From Adineta vaga (Eukaryota; Animalia; Rotifera): DNA of 64,000 nt. Numbering within the stretch: the stretch's first letter is position 1; each line of letters opens with the position of its first letter. The notes beneath the pieces were generated by a model that was given only the letters and a program-made list of their open reading frames with translations, ran no database searches and was not told where the DNA came from. This document shows positions 37,651-48,859 of the stretch, one piece after another. The DNA lies in the NCBI GenBank assembly GCA_021613535.1, contig CP075494.1, forward strand, positions 4,278,001 through 4,342,000, read 5' to 3'. Position numbers and translations under genes: made by a program.

Positions 37651-39413
37651 ATGGTTGAATTGCGCAGTCCATTTGATTTTAAAGATGAGTTGATAGCTTT
37701 AGCAGGTGGAGAATCAACTACATCTCAACCATCAATGAATACGACGATGATAAATGCTGGTCGTGGAAATCCAAATTTCTTAGCAACAACTCCCCGATAT
37801 GCCTTCTGTCAGTTGATGTTATTTGCATTACGTGAATCAGAACTACGATCTACTCATTCGACTGAAGGCATAGGTAGTTTTCCAGAATATAAAGGAATTG
37901 AAGAACGTTTTGAATTATTTCTTCACGAAAACAAAAATTCAAATGGTATTACTTTCCTTTGTGACATGGTTCTCTATATACGTAAGCAATTTAAGATTGA
38001 TATGTCCAAATTCCTATACGAAATCTGTGAAGGCATACTTGGTATTAACTATCCAGTTCCTGGTCGAATACTTGCACTTTCTGAGAAGATTGTCAATCAT
38101 TATCTATGCAAGGAACTCAGTACTGCACAGGTAAAGCAACTCTATTGATCTTATTTTCGAATACGACGCACAATTTTAGCCGATGGCTGACGGATTTCAT
38201 CTGTTTGCAGTAGAAGGTGGTACAGCGGCTATAACATCTATTTTTAATTCCTTACGTGCAAATTATCTGCTTAACACAGGTGATAAGATCGCACTGGGTA
38301 CACCCATTTTTTCACCTTATTTAGAAATGTCCGATACGAACGATTATCAATTCGAAGTAATACATATCTATGGTGATAAAAACCATAAAAGTGACAATAT
38401 CCTAAAACTGAACTAGACAAGTTACGTGATGTAAAGGTAAAATATCCGTGTCGGTATTCTGAAGTCTAATGTATTTTATGTCTTTTGTTTGTCGACTCTT
38501 TCTATAGCTATAGGTAAAAGCTTTCTTTCTTATCAATCCTTCCAATCCTCAATCGGTAAAACTTGATAAGGACAGTCTGGATTATATTGCTACCATCGTA
38601 GCCGAACGACCTGATTTAATTATTCTCACGGATGATGTTTACGGCACATTTGCCGAACAATTTGTCTCGCTGTTCGCTATATGTCCTAGGAATACTATTC
38701 TCGTCTATTCATATTCGAAATATTTTGGTGCAACAGGTTGGCGTCTCGGCGTGATTGGAATACATAATAACAACATATTTGATGATCAGATTGCAAGTCT
38801 CGACAATACGAAACGAAATGACCTTCACAAGCGTTACAGTTCTCTCACATCTGATCCTTACTCTTTTAAATTCAACGATCGATTAGTTGCTGATAGTCGT
38901 TCGATAGTACTGAATCATACAGCAGGCTTGTCTACTCCTCAACAAGTTCAAATGGTCCTCTTTTCTCTATTTGCTCTAATGGATACATCTAATTCGTATA
39001 AAACGGCACTCAAACAACTTATTCAGAATCGCAAACATGCTCTGTATCGTGCCATTGGTATTGCTTCTGTAAATACTGAAGAAGATGTTAACGCTGCCAA
39101 TTACTATACTATCATCGATCTAGAACTACTTAGCGAGTGTCTCTATGGACAACAATTTGCAAGTTGGTTTCTCTCTTGTATAAGTACTAGAGAATTTTTG
39201 CGTCAACTTGCAACCGATACACACGTTGTTCTTCTACCTGGTGATGGTTTTGGCATTCGTCATCCAGCAGTTCGTGTATCTCTCGCAAATCTCAACGAGA
39301 ACGATTACATACTTATCGGTGAAGCTCTATGAACTTTAATTGAAAACTAATTTCAAAAATTCAAGATTCAAACCACCGAAAGCTCACTAACCAATGAAAT
39401 AATACTTGAATGA
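37651..39413 (+). pseudogene. asdA: Bacterial-type bifunctional aspartate aminotransferase / L-aspartate beta-decarboxylase, two introns, disrupted
   Basis: SPF.FKDELI, NAGRGNPNFLATTPR, FAVEGGTAA, NPSNP, TDDVYGTF, SYSKYFGATGWRLG (PLP lysine), RLVADSR..LNHTAGLSTPQQVQM, RVSLANL; frameshift near 38390 with TGA at the Trp of WQYP (38392-38394); stops at 39330-39332 and six codons later. Confidence 0.88.
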
Positions 39414-39884
39414 CATAACAGAACCTGTACATCTATACGTCTCTAATACTATTTCATATGATGAATAGTATGATTGTATTCATTCATTTTCTTTTCTTTT
39501 CGTTAAAATGTGCATTGTAATACTTTTTTTTATCTCTCTGTATGCCTTGTCATCCTCGCACACACATTTTGATTCACTTTTTCTTCATCGTTCTCTATAA
39601 AATTGTCCTCATTCTTGTACGCAAGACTAAATGCAGATTTGATTGATATTTTGAATAATAGATTCACTATAATGCAAAGTAAATATCTTTTTTCTCATAC
39701 AGTTAAAGTTTAAAAGTAAGATTTCTTTAGATAATCAATTATATATTTTGTTATTCGGCACGACTTTAACCAGTGTTGTGATTCTTTTTCAATATTTTAA
39801 AGAAAAAAAGAAGAAACAAGATGAAGAACGAGTTTGTTTCTTACTTCTATTTGATAACTAATACACTATTTATTGATGAAATAG

Positions 39885-41167
39885 AAGAATCAATATTTGA
39901 AATGTCAATCGTTATTTGATTTTGAAGAATTAGCTAAAAAATTGTTAAAATCTCATCGTTTTCATTATTATGATTATAAAGCTGGTCAAGGTCTTACTTA
40001 TCAAGCTTGTCGAAATTATTTTGATAAACAATTAAGGATTATTCCGCGAGTTTTAATCAATGTTGAAGATATATCTATAAAAACAACAATTTTAGGGTAA
40101 ATTATTATTTTCAAATTCAAAACGATTTTCTGTTCGTTTAGAACGACCTATGAATCGCCAATTATCATTGCTCCAACAACTTTTCATTGTCTTGCAAATA
40201 CAGATGGTGAAGTTGGTACAGCTCGTGGTGCAACAGAAGCACAATGTATTTATACATATAATTGGATGTATTCCACAAAGCCTGAAGATGAAGTTTTACA
40301 AACAACTGGTTCAGTTTCTCTTTCGGTTGTTTCTTTTTTCTATGAATTTTTAATTTTAGGTCCAAAATTTTTACATGTCTACTTAACGACACCGACGAAA
40401 ATCTTAGAAAAAATTGTTTGTGAAGCTGAACAAAAAGGTTATCGAGCTATTGTAGTGACATGTGATCATCCAACGGATCGAGTACGAGATAATGTTTTAC
40501 CTTTATTCGAAGAGGCATCAAAGACGACTGATCGAGAATTAACTGAATGTATGCCAATGCCGAATATGAATGCAAAAGATATTATTGAAAAACAAAATTT
40601 TAGTACGGGCTCAATCACATGGGCTAATATAGAATCATTAAAACAGTTAACGAAATTACCAATAATTTGTAAAGGAATTTTATCTCCCATTGATGCAGAA
40701 TTAGCAATTAAACATGGTGCAAGTGGAATCATTGTTAGGTCTGATTAGTTCTTTATTATCACTTGAATACAATCGAAATCATTTTTTTTTTCAGTAATCA
40801 TGGCGGAAGACAAGTTGATACAGCACCAGCTGCTATTGAATGTCTTGAAGATATTATTAAGATTGTCGATGGACGAGCTGAAGGTAGATTTATAGGACTA
40901 TTTGAACATCGCATTTTTGAATTTTTCTTTTTAGTTTTTGTTGATACGGGTATTCGAAGTGGAACAGATATTTTAAAAGCATTAGCATTAGGTGCACGTG
41001 GTATATTGATCGGTCGACCCATTTTGTATGGATTGACTTGTGGTGGGCATGATGGAGTGAAAAGAGTTTTAGAAATATTAAAACGTGAATTAATTTATGA
41101 TATGGCTTGTTGTGGAGTGACGTCGATCGATCAAATTAATAAAGATATCCTTTATAAACATGCGTGA
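39885..41167 (+). CDS. FMN-dependent alpha-hydroxy acid oxidase (glycolate oxidase/HAO family), multi-exon; 5' end uncertain
   Basis: PRVL, PIIIAP, TCDHP, ICKGI, SNHGGRQVD, DTGIRSGTDILKALALGA and GRP motifs across short introns. Confidence 0.88.
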
Positions 41168-41310
41168 TTGAAAGAAATTTGAGTTATCGAATTTAATAAG
41201 TTGAATATAAAAATAAAAGAATCAAATCTGAGCATATCAGATTTACAACGTTATAATCAACTGCTTTTTTTTAGTATCTGAAGATAGTTATGATTGGATT
41301 TTCGATTGAA

Positions 41311-41621
41311 TTATAATGTTAATCCACCGATCGTTAGCATAATGAAAACACCAGCTGCTAATAAATAGAACCAATCTACGCCAACAAATCCAGCAAAAAT
41401 GCAGTTAATTTTTCTTTTTGCTTGTATTCACATGGTTTATTTGAATCGATAATAACATACTCGGATCCAGTACATTTACATCGACGAGTCGAAAGATCAC
41501 ATATGCCTCATAAGCCACAGGTAGCATTTCGTGTACATGATGTGGTCGTAAGTGACACTGTTGTAATAATACAATTCACAATAATGCAAAAGAGTAAGTT
41601 TAAAACGAATGATTTCAACAT
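41311..41621 (-). pseudogene. TM2-domain protein with Cys-rich ectodomain, disrupted
   Basis: Signal peptide MLKSFVLNLLFCIIV, C..C...C.C...C, then KRKLTAFL / frameshift / GFVGVDWFYL..AGVFIMLTIGGL; in-frame TGA at 41510-41508. Confidence 0.7.
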
Positions 41622-42864
41622 TTTGCAATAAATTTAAAATGAATTTTTGAAAGATCTTATTGTGTATTTATACCATAGATATAGTTATAAAATTACGCAA
41701 GACATGGAATATCCCGTACGCAGTTATGTAGTTGATTGCCCAAAAAAATTCATTTCCGTTTTATCGTAGAAAACGATTATTCATTGATATCAAAGAACGA
41801 TAAGAGAAATCTCTCACGGCTTATCACGCTTTATGTAATCACTGCGAAAGAATGTCAATTTTCATTTGATTTATTATTGATAGGAAGTTTAGAAACGGTT
41901 GTATTTTTTTCCAACGATCTCATAATAAGATTCAGAGAAATAGATCTCTAGAATATGATAATAATATTTATTCTAAATACAAAATTTTAAATATTATCCA
42001 GTTTATAACGAAACAATCTTTTATGAATAGTCACGTACTTAATAAAGATATATCTTTTTTAAGATTCTTTTCAATGTTCACGTTAAGATCAATCTTTCAA
42101 TCATACTCCATCACAATTAAGAGATTTATTTGCCAATGTCATAAGCCAATCAATTAGAGCCCGTATAGTTAAATATACCTGCCCTCATATACAAACATCT
42201 ATTACCATCTGCTAAATAAAATCATTCATATGCATCGACTGTGCTTGCAGGAAAAAAGCCATCTATTTCTATTTTGTTCGATGTAATACACTATATACAG
42301 ATTGAGTACAACAACAAATATCGATCAAATTATGACACGTTCTTTTACGATATTGTACATTGTATCGTCTCAAGAAATATAAATGAATTGAAATAATTTC
42401 AATATTTTGTAAACTTCTGTGTAAATAGCAGACCATGGAAATGAGCAATTCTTTGATAGTCGATTTCTATTCATTATATGAAATATGTCAAAATCATAAG
42501 GATGTCTCATTTTTCATTGTTTTATGAAATTTTCTGATATTACAGTATATATTTATGAGACAAGAAGAAATCAATTTTTGTCCATGTATAATAGAAAAAT
42601 AATAGTGAAGTCATAAATTCGGATTGCTTTTTTTTCTTCATCATACTAGGAAGTATTGACTGATACCAATCGTAGATGTGGAATACAAGTTTTTGTCAAA
42701 TAAAAAAAACTACTGACTAAAAGTTATGGAGACTTCGAAATTTTCTCATCCTTATCTGTCACTAATATACATCCGTTCAAATATTGACATGAAGATTTAT
42801 CGAAATGAGGATGGAATCATGTGTTTTATTCAATAAGCTTTATCTCTACGACAAGCAAGTTAGG

Positions 42865-44226
42865 TTAAAAACAAAACGAAAGATTACAATCAATTTTATC
42901 AAATGGTATTATATGTAGAAGATGATAGATAATCATTCTTGGTAAATGAACTGTATAATGAAGAAAAAATGGTAATGGATCATCTACGGAATAGAGAGCT
43001 TCTTTCCCATGGAGAAAAACTTTCCATTGTTTGATTAAATCTTGAATATTTCGTATTTTGAAAATATTCCATAATTCATGATATAACCAATAAGTTAGAC
43101 GAGCATTTGATTTTGGTTGAATTGGTTCATTCAATAAACGTTCTGTTCCTAGATAAGCTTCAGCAACAAGTGGATGATTAGAAAAAGTTGTTATTGCTGT
43201 ATGAGTACGAGCATTACATTCCAATGGATAAACGAGACCATTTTCATAACTTTCAATGAAATCAAATGCTATTTGACCAGTTGTATTTGCTTTTGAACAA
43301 AATTCTTTCACCCAATTGAGAATATTTAATTTATTATCAACATGTTTATAATTAAGAAGCCATGGTAATGATTCACAACAAACATGCAATCGTAATTCTC
43401 CATTTTTAACTGTTCCATGTGTACAATATTCTTTCCCAATAATAAATTCTTGCATAATCCATGGATATTCTTCATTAATAACTAAACTATTCAGATAATT
43501 AATCATTTGTTCTCGTGTATCACATGGAAGTTTGACTAAATTCGTTCGATTAACAAAATCATATTCGATACGTTTCAGAATAAATTGACATTTTTCTTTT
43601 GAAAAATCAAATGTTAAGATTTGTTTTGGATCAGTAATTCTATATGATTTCGGAACTGTTAAATCAAACGAACGTGCTCGATCCATAAATGCATATTTAT
43701 CACATAAAATTTGTACTTGTTCAAGATCACCATGAATTGTTTCACAATTGAATGGAATTAATGCTCGTTTAATTCGCGCATCAAGACATTCCGTAGATGA
43801 ATGTGAGACTGGAATAAAATAATCAATACGTTCTCGTTGAACAATATCAACAATTGATTGAATATATTCGAATTCATTGTTTGAATCTGCACTTAGATAA
43901 AATCGTGAAACACATCGAGAATAACGATTTGTTGCATACGGATATGATTCAGTAAGAACAACGTAATGACCAGCTGAATAGAAAGAACGTACTAATTGTA
44001 AACTTTTTGTTTTACCTCCATTCGATATTAAAATACGTTTAGCATTTGGATTATTTTTTTGTGGTTTTCGTGTAATTGAATGAAGTATCAATGTCACACA
44101 TGTAATGACAAATGGAAGAGGAGATGCAAGAAGAAATAATATTATATATCCAATTGTTTTTATAATATGATATAGATTTGCTGATTGAAATAATCGTGAT
44201 ACATGCAGAAGACGAGAAGAATTCAT
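42865..44226 (-). CDS. mysC: MysC-type ATP-grasp ligase (mycosporine-glycine synthase family), intronless
   Basis: N-terminal hydrophobic segment, ILISNGGKTKSLQLVRSFYSAGH, YFIPVS, FILKRIEYD, WIMQEFI.GKEYCTH, GELRLH.CCES, TGQIAFDFI, ECNARTHTAIT, TYWLYHELW, DDPLPF, all recalled as features of cyanobacterial Ava_3856/MysC. Confidence 0.88.
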   Translation of the reverse strand: MNSSRLLHVSRLFQSANLYHIIKTIGYIILFLLASPLPFVITCVTLILHSITRKPQKNNPNAKRILISNGGKTKSLQLVRSFYSAGHYVVLTESYPYATNRYSRCVSRFYLSADSNNEFEYIQSIVDIVQRERIDYFIPVSHSSTECLDARIKRALIPFNCETIHGDLEQVQILCDKYAFMDRARSFDLTVPKSYRITDPKQILTFDFSKEKCQFILKRIEYDFVNRTNLVKLPCDTREQMINYLNSLVINEEYPWIMQEFIIGKEYCTHGTVKNGELRLHVCCESLPWLLNYKHVDNKLNILNWVKEFCSKANTTGQIAFDFIESYENGLVYPLECNARTHTAITTFSNHPLVAEAYLGTERLLNEPIQPKSNARLTYWLYHELWNIFKIRNIQDLIKQWKVFLHGKEALYSVDDPLPFFLHYTVHLPRMIIYHLLHIIPFDKIDCNLSFCF

Positions 44227-44890
44227 TTTTATTCTAATCTAAAAAGAAAAAAAATTCTTAGAAAATCACTCTAAACATTGCATCACTAATAGAGTATGAA
44301 ACGATGTATTTCTTTTTCTTTTCTTATCTATATAACTCGATTAACGTGTGAAGAATGAATGAAAAGAATGAAAGAAAATTATTTTCAGTATAGTAGACGA
44401 TAATCGAAAGAGTATATAGTCTATAAAGTACAAAAAAAGATCAGCTAGTACAGTAACATATGTACTTAATCTGAATATGAATTTGATAAGATTTCGAATG
44501 ATCATTTCAATAAGTGAAGATATGTAACTCTACTTATAGCATTGTGTCGTTTGTTAATAAATAAATAATTCAAGAAATATATCTTAATCCATAATAGAGA
44601 ATGACAATATCAATATATCGATGATTATATAATCACGGATTGCGATGCAATATACTCTATAGTCGTTAAACGAAGTTATTCTGTTTTGTTCGTTCTTATG
44701 TAACTGTAATAAATACTGAAGTAAAAAAGAAAAAGAATATCGATGATATAAATACATCGAGTCAAAAATATATCTATCATTCTTAAGCATTGAAAAGTAT
44801 TTCTTGGTTTATCTTATCATTTGTTCGCGACTAAGAAATTATATTTTTATGTTCTAGATTGTATTCCAGTAGAAGAAAAAAAAGTAAATC

Positions 44891-45931
44891 ATGCCATCGT
44901 CACTTCGAATTCTTCATTTAGTTGGTTCTGTATACAATGATTTTTACTGTGATTTGTCCTATCGATATGCAGAAGGTTGTTTGGAAAATATAGCAACTGT
45001 TTCATTGGTACAAGACTTTCAAATTGCCTATATTACACCTGATGGTCAGTGGCGATTTTCTCGTTCGCTCAGTCCAAAAGATATCGATGCTGCCAATCCG
45101 ATGTCATTATCCGATGCAATACAATTCATAAAAGTACAAAAAATTGATCTGATGATACCACATATGTATTGTATTCCTGGAGTGACCCATTATCGTGCCC
45201 TATTCGATCTTCTTCATATTCCTTATATTGGTAATAGTCCGGATGTCATGGCATTGACAGCTCATAAAGTAAAAACGAAAGCAATTGTCGCAGCAGTTGG
45301 AGTTAAAGTACCTGATGGTGAATTGCTCCGTCAAGGAGATGTTCCCACCATTTTACCACCAGTGATTGTCAAACCTGCAAATGCTGACAATTCTTTAGGA
45401 GTATCGTTAGTTAAAAATATCAAAGATTACGATGTTGCTCTTAAAAATGCATTTAAACATGCAGATGAAGTGTTAGTCGAAAGATTCATTGAACCTGGTC
45501 GAGAAGTTCGATGTAGTATCATTGTCAAAGATGGACAACTCATTGCTTTACCATTAGAAGAATATCGATTGGATTCAGAACATCAACCTATTCGTAGTTA
45601 TGATGATAAATTTCCAGAGTTAGATAGCGATGGTAAATTTATTGGTTATCCTGAAGATGATATTGGAAAACATTGGATTGTCGATAGGAATGATTCGGCT
45701 ATCAAAAAAGTTCAAGAAATGGCTAAGAAATGTCATCTTGCTTTGGGTTGTCGTCATTATAGTCTATTTGAATTTCGAATCGATCCAAACGGAGAACCTT
45801 GGTTTTTAGAAGCTGGATTATTTTGTTCGTTCGGTGATGGTGGTGGAATATCACTTATGGCGAAAACTGCTGGAATATCATTAGAAGATTTATTGAAAAT
45901 AATGATTAAAGAAGCAATGAATAATGCATGA
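44891..45931 (+). CDS. mysD: MysD-type D-Ala-D-Ala-ligase-like MAA ligase, intronless
   Basis: LRILHLVGS..DFYCDLS..YA, IAYITPDGQWRF, P.MYCIPG.THYRALFDLL.IPYIGN, VKPA.ADNSLGV, GREVRC, CH.ALGCRHYSLFEFRIDPNGEPWFLEAGLFCSF; lacks the canonical Ddl GG.S.E and LHG..GEDG motifs. Confidence 0.9.
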   Translation: MPSSLRILHLVGSVYNDFYCDLSYRYAEGCLENIATVSLVQDFQIAYITPDGQWRFSRSLSPKDIDAANPMSLSDAIQFIKVQKIDLMIPHMYCIPGVTHYRALFDLLHIPYIGNSPDVMALTAHKVKTKAIVAAVGVKVPDGELLRQGDVPTILPPVIVKPANADNSLGVSLVKNIKDYDVALKNAFKHADEVLVERFIEPGREVRCSIIVKDGQLIALPLEEYRLDSEHQPIRSYDDKFPELDSDGKFIGYPEDDIGKHWIVDRNDSAIKKVQEMAKKCHLALGCRHYSLFEFRIDPNGEPWFLEAGLFCSFGDGGGISLMAKTAGISLEDLLKIMIKEAMNNA

Positions 45932-46959
45932 TGGTATTTTTTGTTTATTTATATTTTATTTCTTTGTTTTTCGATTCAAATAAATAATTTATTTCATTAG
46001 AAACATATAGACCATCCATCATTCCAACACTTAAATCAAATAATAATGTCATTGTATCATATGTGAGAGCTGCTGGTCTCTTTTTGAAAACTAGTTTTAT
46101 TTCGGCTGAAAATTTTTCTGTAATAGCTGAGGTAAGAACAGTTCAGAGATGCAGCGTCATCCACGAAATCTTACTTAATATTGAGTTTATGAGTCATCGA
46201 GAGAAGTGCACGACGCACAACAATAACAAAACACATATACATAAAAAACTTAGAGTAATTTCATGTCGAACGCCAATAAAGCATCATTTCATACAGTACC
46301 GGTAGAACTTTGTCTTCCGAATTCTTGATTATCAGATTGATTGGGCTATCCTTTTTCCAATGAGAAATATTTATGCACGATTCAATTCAATTCAACTATG
46401 AATATTTATCGTCGCTGTCAGGTAACTATGTATTATTCACTCATGTCTAAAATTTAAGTTGATAAATTCATTGTAAACTCAGACTTAAGTTATACACACG
46501 CACACTGATCAAAAGCTCACTAACATACATAAGAATATCCAACCAGATATTGTATTATGATAAAATAAGATTCTGTTCAATTTTTTCATAGTTTAACTAT
46601 CTGTTTTCTTTCATCTGTAGACTTTTAGCACGAAGACCATTGTAGAAAAAATTATATATGGAGCTGAAGGAGCAAAACGTTTGACAATTAAATTGATTAT
46701 TTCACTTTTCATGTAATTCAAAAAACGCCTAGTAGGACCATACAGATTTATGATGGTTTTTTTGTATTACTTATCACATTTTCTCATAACTTCATTGCTC
46801 TTTTAAATACATTTAGTGTGATGAATGTAGGATTAAGTCTATGTTAAGTTTTGAATGACTCTGTAACTGTTTCAATATACTTCGATTAGGTTATAATATG
46901 ATGTTTATATATGTAAAACAAACAAAATAGGATCTTTAAATAGAATCAAAAGTTTAAAG

Positions 46960-47051
46960 CGACGTCATCGAGTTTTAAATTGCCCTCATTCATTGTATAG
47001 TCTAATCAAATGAGGAGCGTTTGTTTATCTTGTTCGTTCGGTGATGGTGGT
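46960..47051 (+). pseudogene. Collapsed relic of a second mysD copy
   Basis: 22-nt exact match 47030-47051 to 45823-45844, preceded in order by degenerate matches to mysD 45017 (tttcaaattgcc) and 45755-45805. Confidence 0.55.
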
Positions 47052-47060
47052 TAAGTCATC

Positions 47061-48020
47061 TTAGTGAATATTGATTTGTTTTATAGTCTGACGATTTTGT
47101 TGAACTTTACCCATTGTTAATGTATGAACAAATGGAACTACGCGTGTTGTTCGACGTAGGATATTTTTAATGACTTGACGAATATCTCGATCTAATAAAA
47201 TAGTACATAATGTTGCCAGAGCAACTGCTATAGATTGTGTTACCAAATTAATTAAATAAGGATATTTTGTCGGCGTTAAAAAGTATACAATACTTGGTAA
47301 TCCACCAGCTATATAAATACTGATTAGAAAAACAATATTTCGAAGAAATTCAAGATCACGTTTAGCACGATTTTGTGTAGTTTTTGTATTCATAATAACT
47401 TCTTCTAATCTCTTCATTTTATAGAAAATATATAGATAAATACAAATAGTAATTAGTAATGGAATAATATAATATGCAAAGATAGCACAAACAACATGTA
47501 ACGTATTTTGCAGTGGTATAAAACATAATTTTTCGGGATGATATTGAATATCTTTCGTTATCAGAGTAGATGATGTAATTAAGAGAACGACAAACCATTG
47601 AATACCAATAAGATAATAATGTGTTTTGAATTTAGTTAACCATCGATATTTAGTTGAAAGAACACAGAAAAATATTCGTGATATGGCTTGAATCATATAT
47701 GAATGTAATACACTGGCAATGCCTACATAACTGAAATAGGCTCGCAATTGACATCCAATTGTACTTGTTTCCCATTGTACAAAAAGAAAGAAGATATAAT
47801 TGATTATGGTAATGATGCTATAGAAAATCGATGCAAAACATGTATTACTTATGAGTAAATGATGAGTTGTATGTAGACGAGGTTTAGTTCGATAGATTAA
47901 AATCAATATAGTAGTACAAATTGTTATTGCAAAAATACCAAAGACACTGGATAATAATGCTACAAGATGATAATCTTCTCTCGTAGTAATTGTATCCGTA
48001 TAAACTGTTGTTGCATTCAT
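47061..48020 (-). CDS. Orphan rhodopsin-like 7TM GPCR, intronless
   Basis: Seven hydrophobic segments, LISNTC in TM2, GCQLRAY, QAISR (DRY position), Cys in ECL2, YIIP in TM5, GGLP in TM6. Confidence 0.85.
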   Translation of the reverse strand: MNATTVYTDTITTREDYHLVALLSSVFGIFAITICTTILILIYRTKPRLHTTHHLLISNTCFASIFYSIITIINYIFFLFVQWETSTIGCQLRAYFSYVGIASVLHSYMIQAISRIFFCVLSTKYRWLTKFKTHYYLIGIQWFVVLLITSSTLITKDIQYHPEKLCFIPLQNTLHVVCAIFAYYIIPLLITICIYLYIFYKMKRLEEVIMNTKTTQNRAKRDLEFLRNIVFLISIYIAGGLPSIVYFLTPTKYPYLINLVTQSIAVALATLCTILLDRDIRQVIKNILRRTTRVVPFVHTLTMGKVQQNRQTIKQINIH

Positions 48021-48859
48021 TTTTTGTTTTTTTCATTTGACAAAAAGAAAGAAGCTTTTCTACTATAATAAAGAATATATCAATAGAGTAATTAATAATT
48101 GAAGAACTCATCACAATGACATATTAGAAAAATAATCATGAAAATAATTTATTCATCTGTCATTCAATTTTATTCTTGAAGAAATTTCAAGAACATTCCA
48201 AAGTATTTCTTCGCAATGAATTTGTTTTAGAATTTATTGTTTCGATTCACATTCATAATCAGTTTTTTTCTATCTAAGGTGACAACAAACATTGAAAATG
48301 AAATATTTTAAAAAGATATTGAATAGAAATAGAAGAAAAAAAAGAAAGAACATGATTACGAAATCAGACATGATATAAAATAGTGCTTGAAAAACTGAAA
48401 TAAAATATTTATGTACGTCAATCATTATGTTCCAATAATAACAACAAAAAAAAATATGCTTTTGATTATAGTCTATCAAATATCAGGTAATCATCGATAT
48501 CTATTTTTATATCACAAACTATCGGAGGTACTCAATATGGGTTGAAATAATTTGATCGGTCGGGACCAAGAATGAGGGTGTGAATAAGGCTTAAAATCAA
48601 CACCTCGCACTCCATTTCTTCTTGTTTGTTTTTTAGGAGTGGGCGTAATGAAACAAACGAAAAACAAATATAAGGTCATATCTGCCGAGAAGAAAAGAAA
48701 ATGTTTCTTTTCTCTTCTTTTTCTCTTTCACATACAGTCAGGTTATTCATAATTCTTCTGTTCATAGCACGTGTATACACAAGTAACTTTTTTATGTTGT
48801 AAATCTTTTCTTTCTATAGTTATTGATTTCATTTCAACGTCATAACAATTTGTTCAACG

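Noticed and set aside
38380-38400. Programmed frameshift or TGA recoding in asdA
   Set aside because: Additional independent stops near the C-terminus make pseudogenisation the simpler explanation
44891-45931. Annotation as peptidoglycan D-Ala-D-Ala ligase (ddl)
   Set aside because: Lacks canonical Ddl motifs, matches MysD-specific motifs and sits beside mysC
42865-45931. Cyanobacterial contamination or chimeric assembly
   Set aside because: Host-like AT content and codons, AATAAA signals downstream of both genes, no mysAB operon and a local decayed duplicate; long reads are still needed for proof
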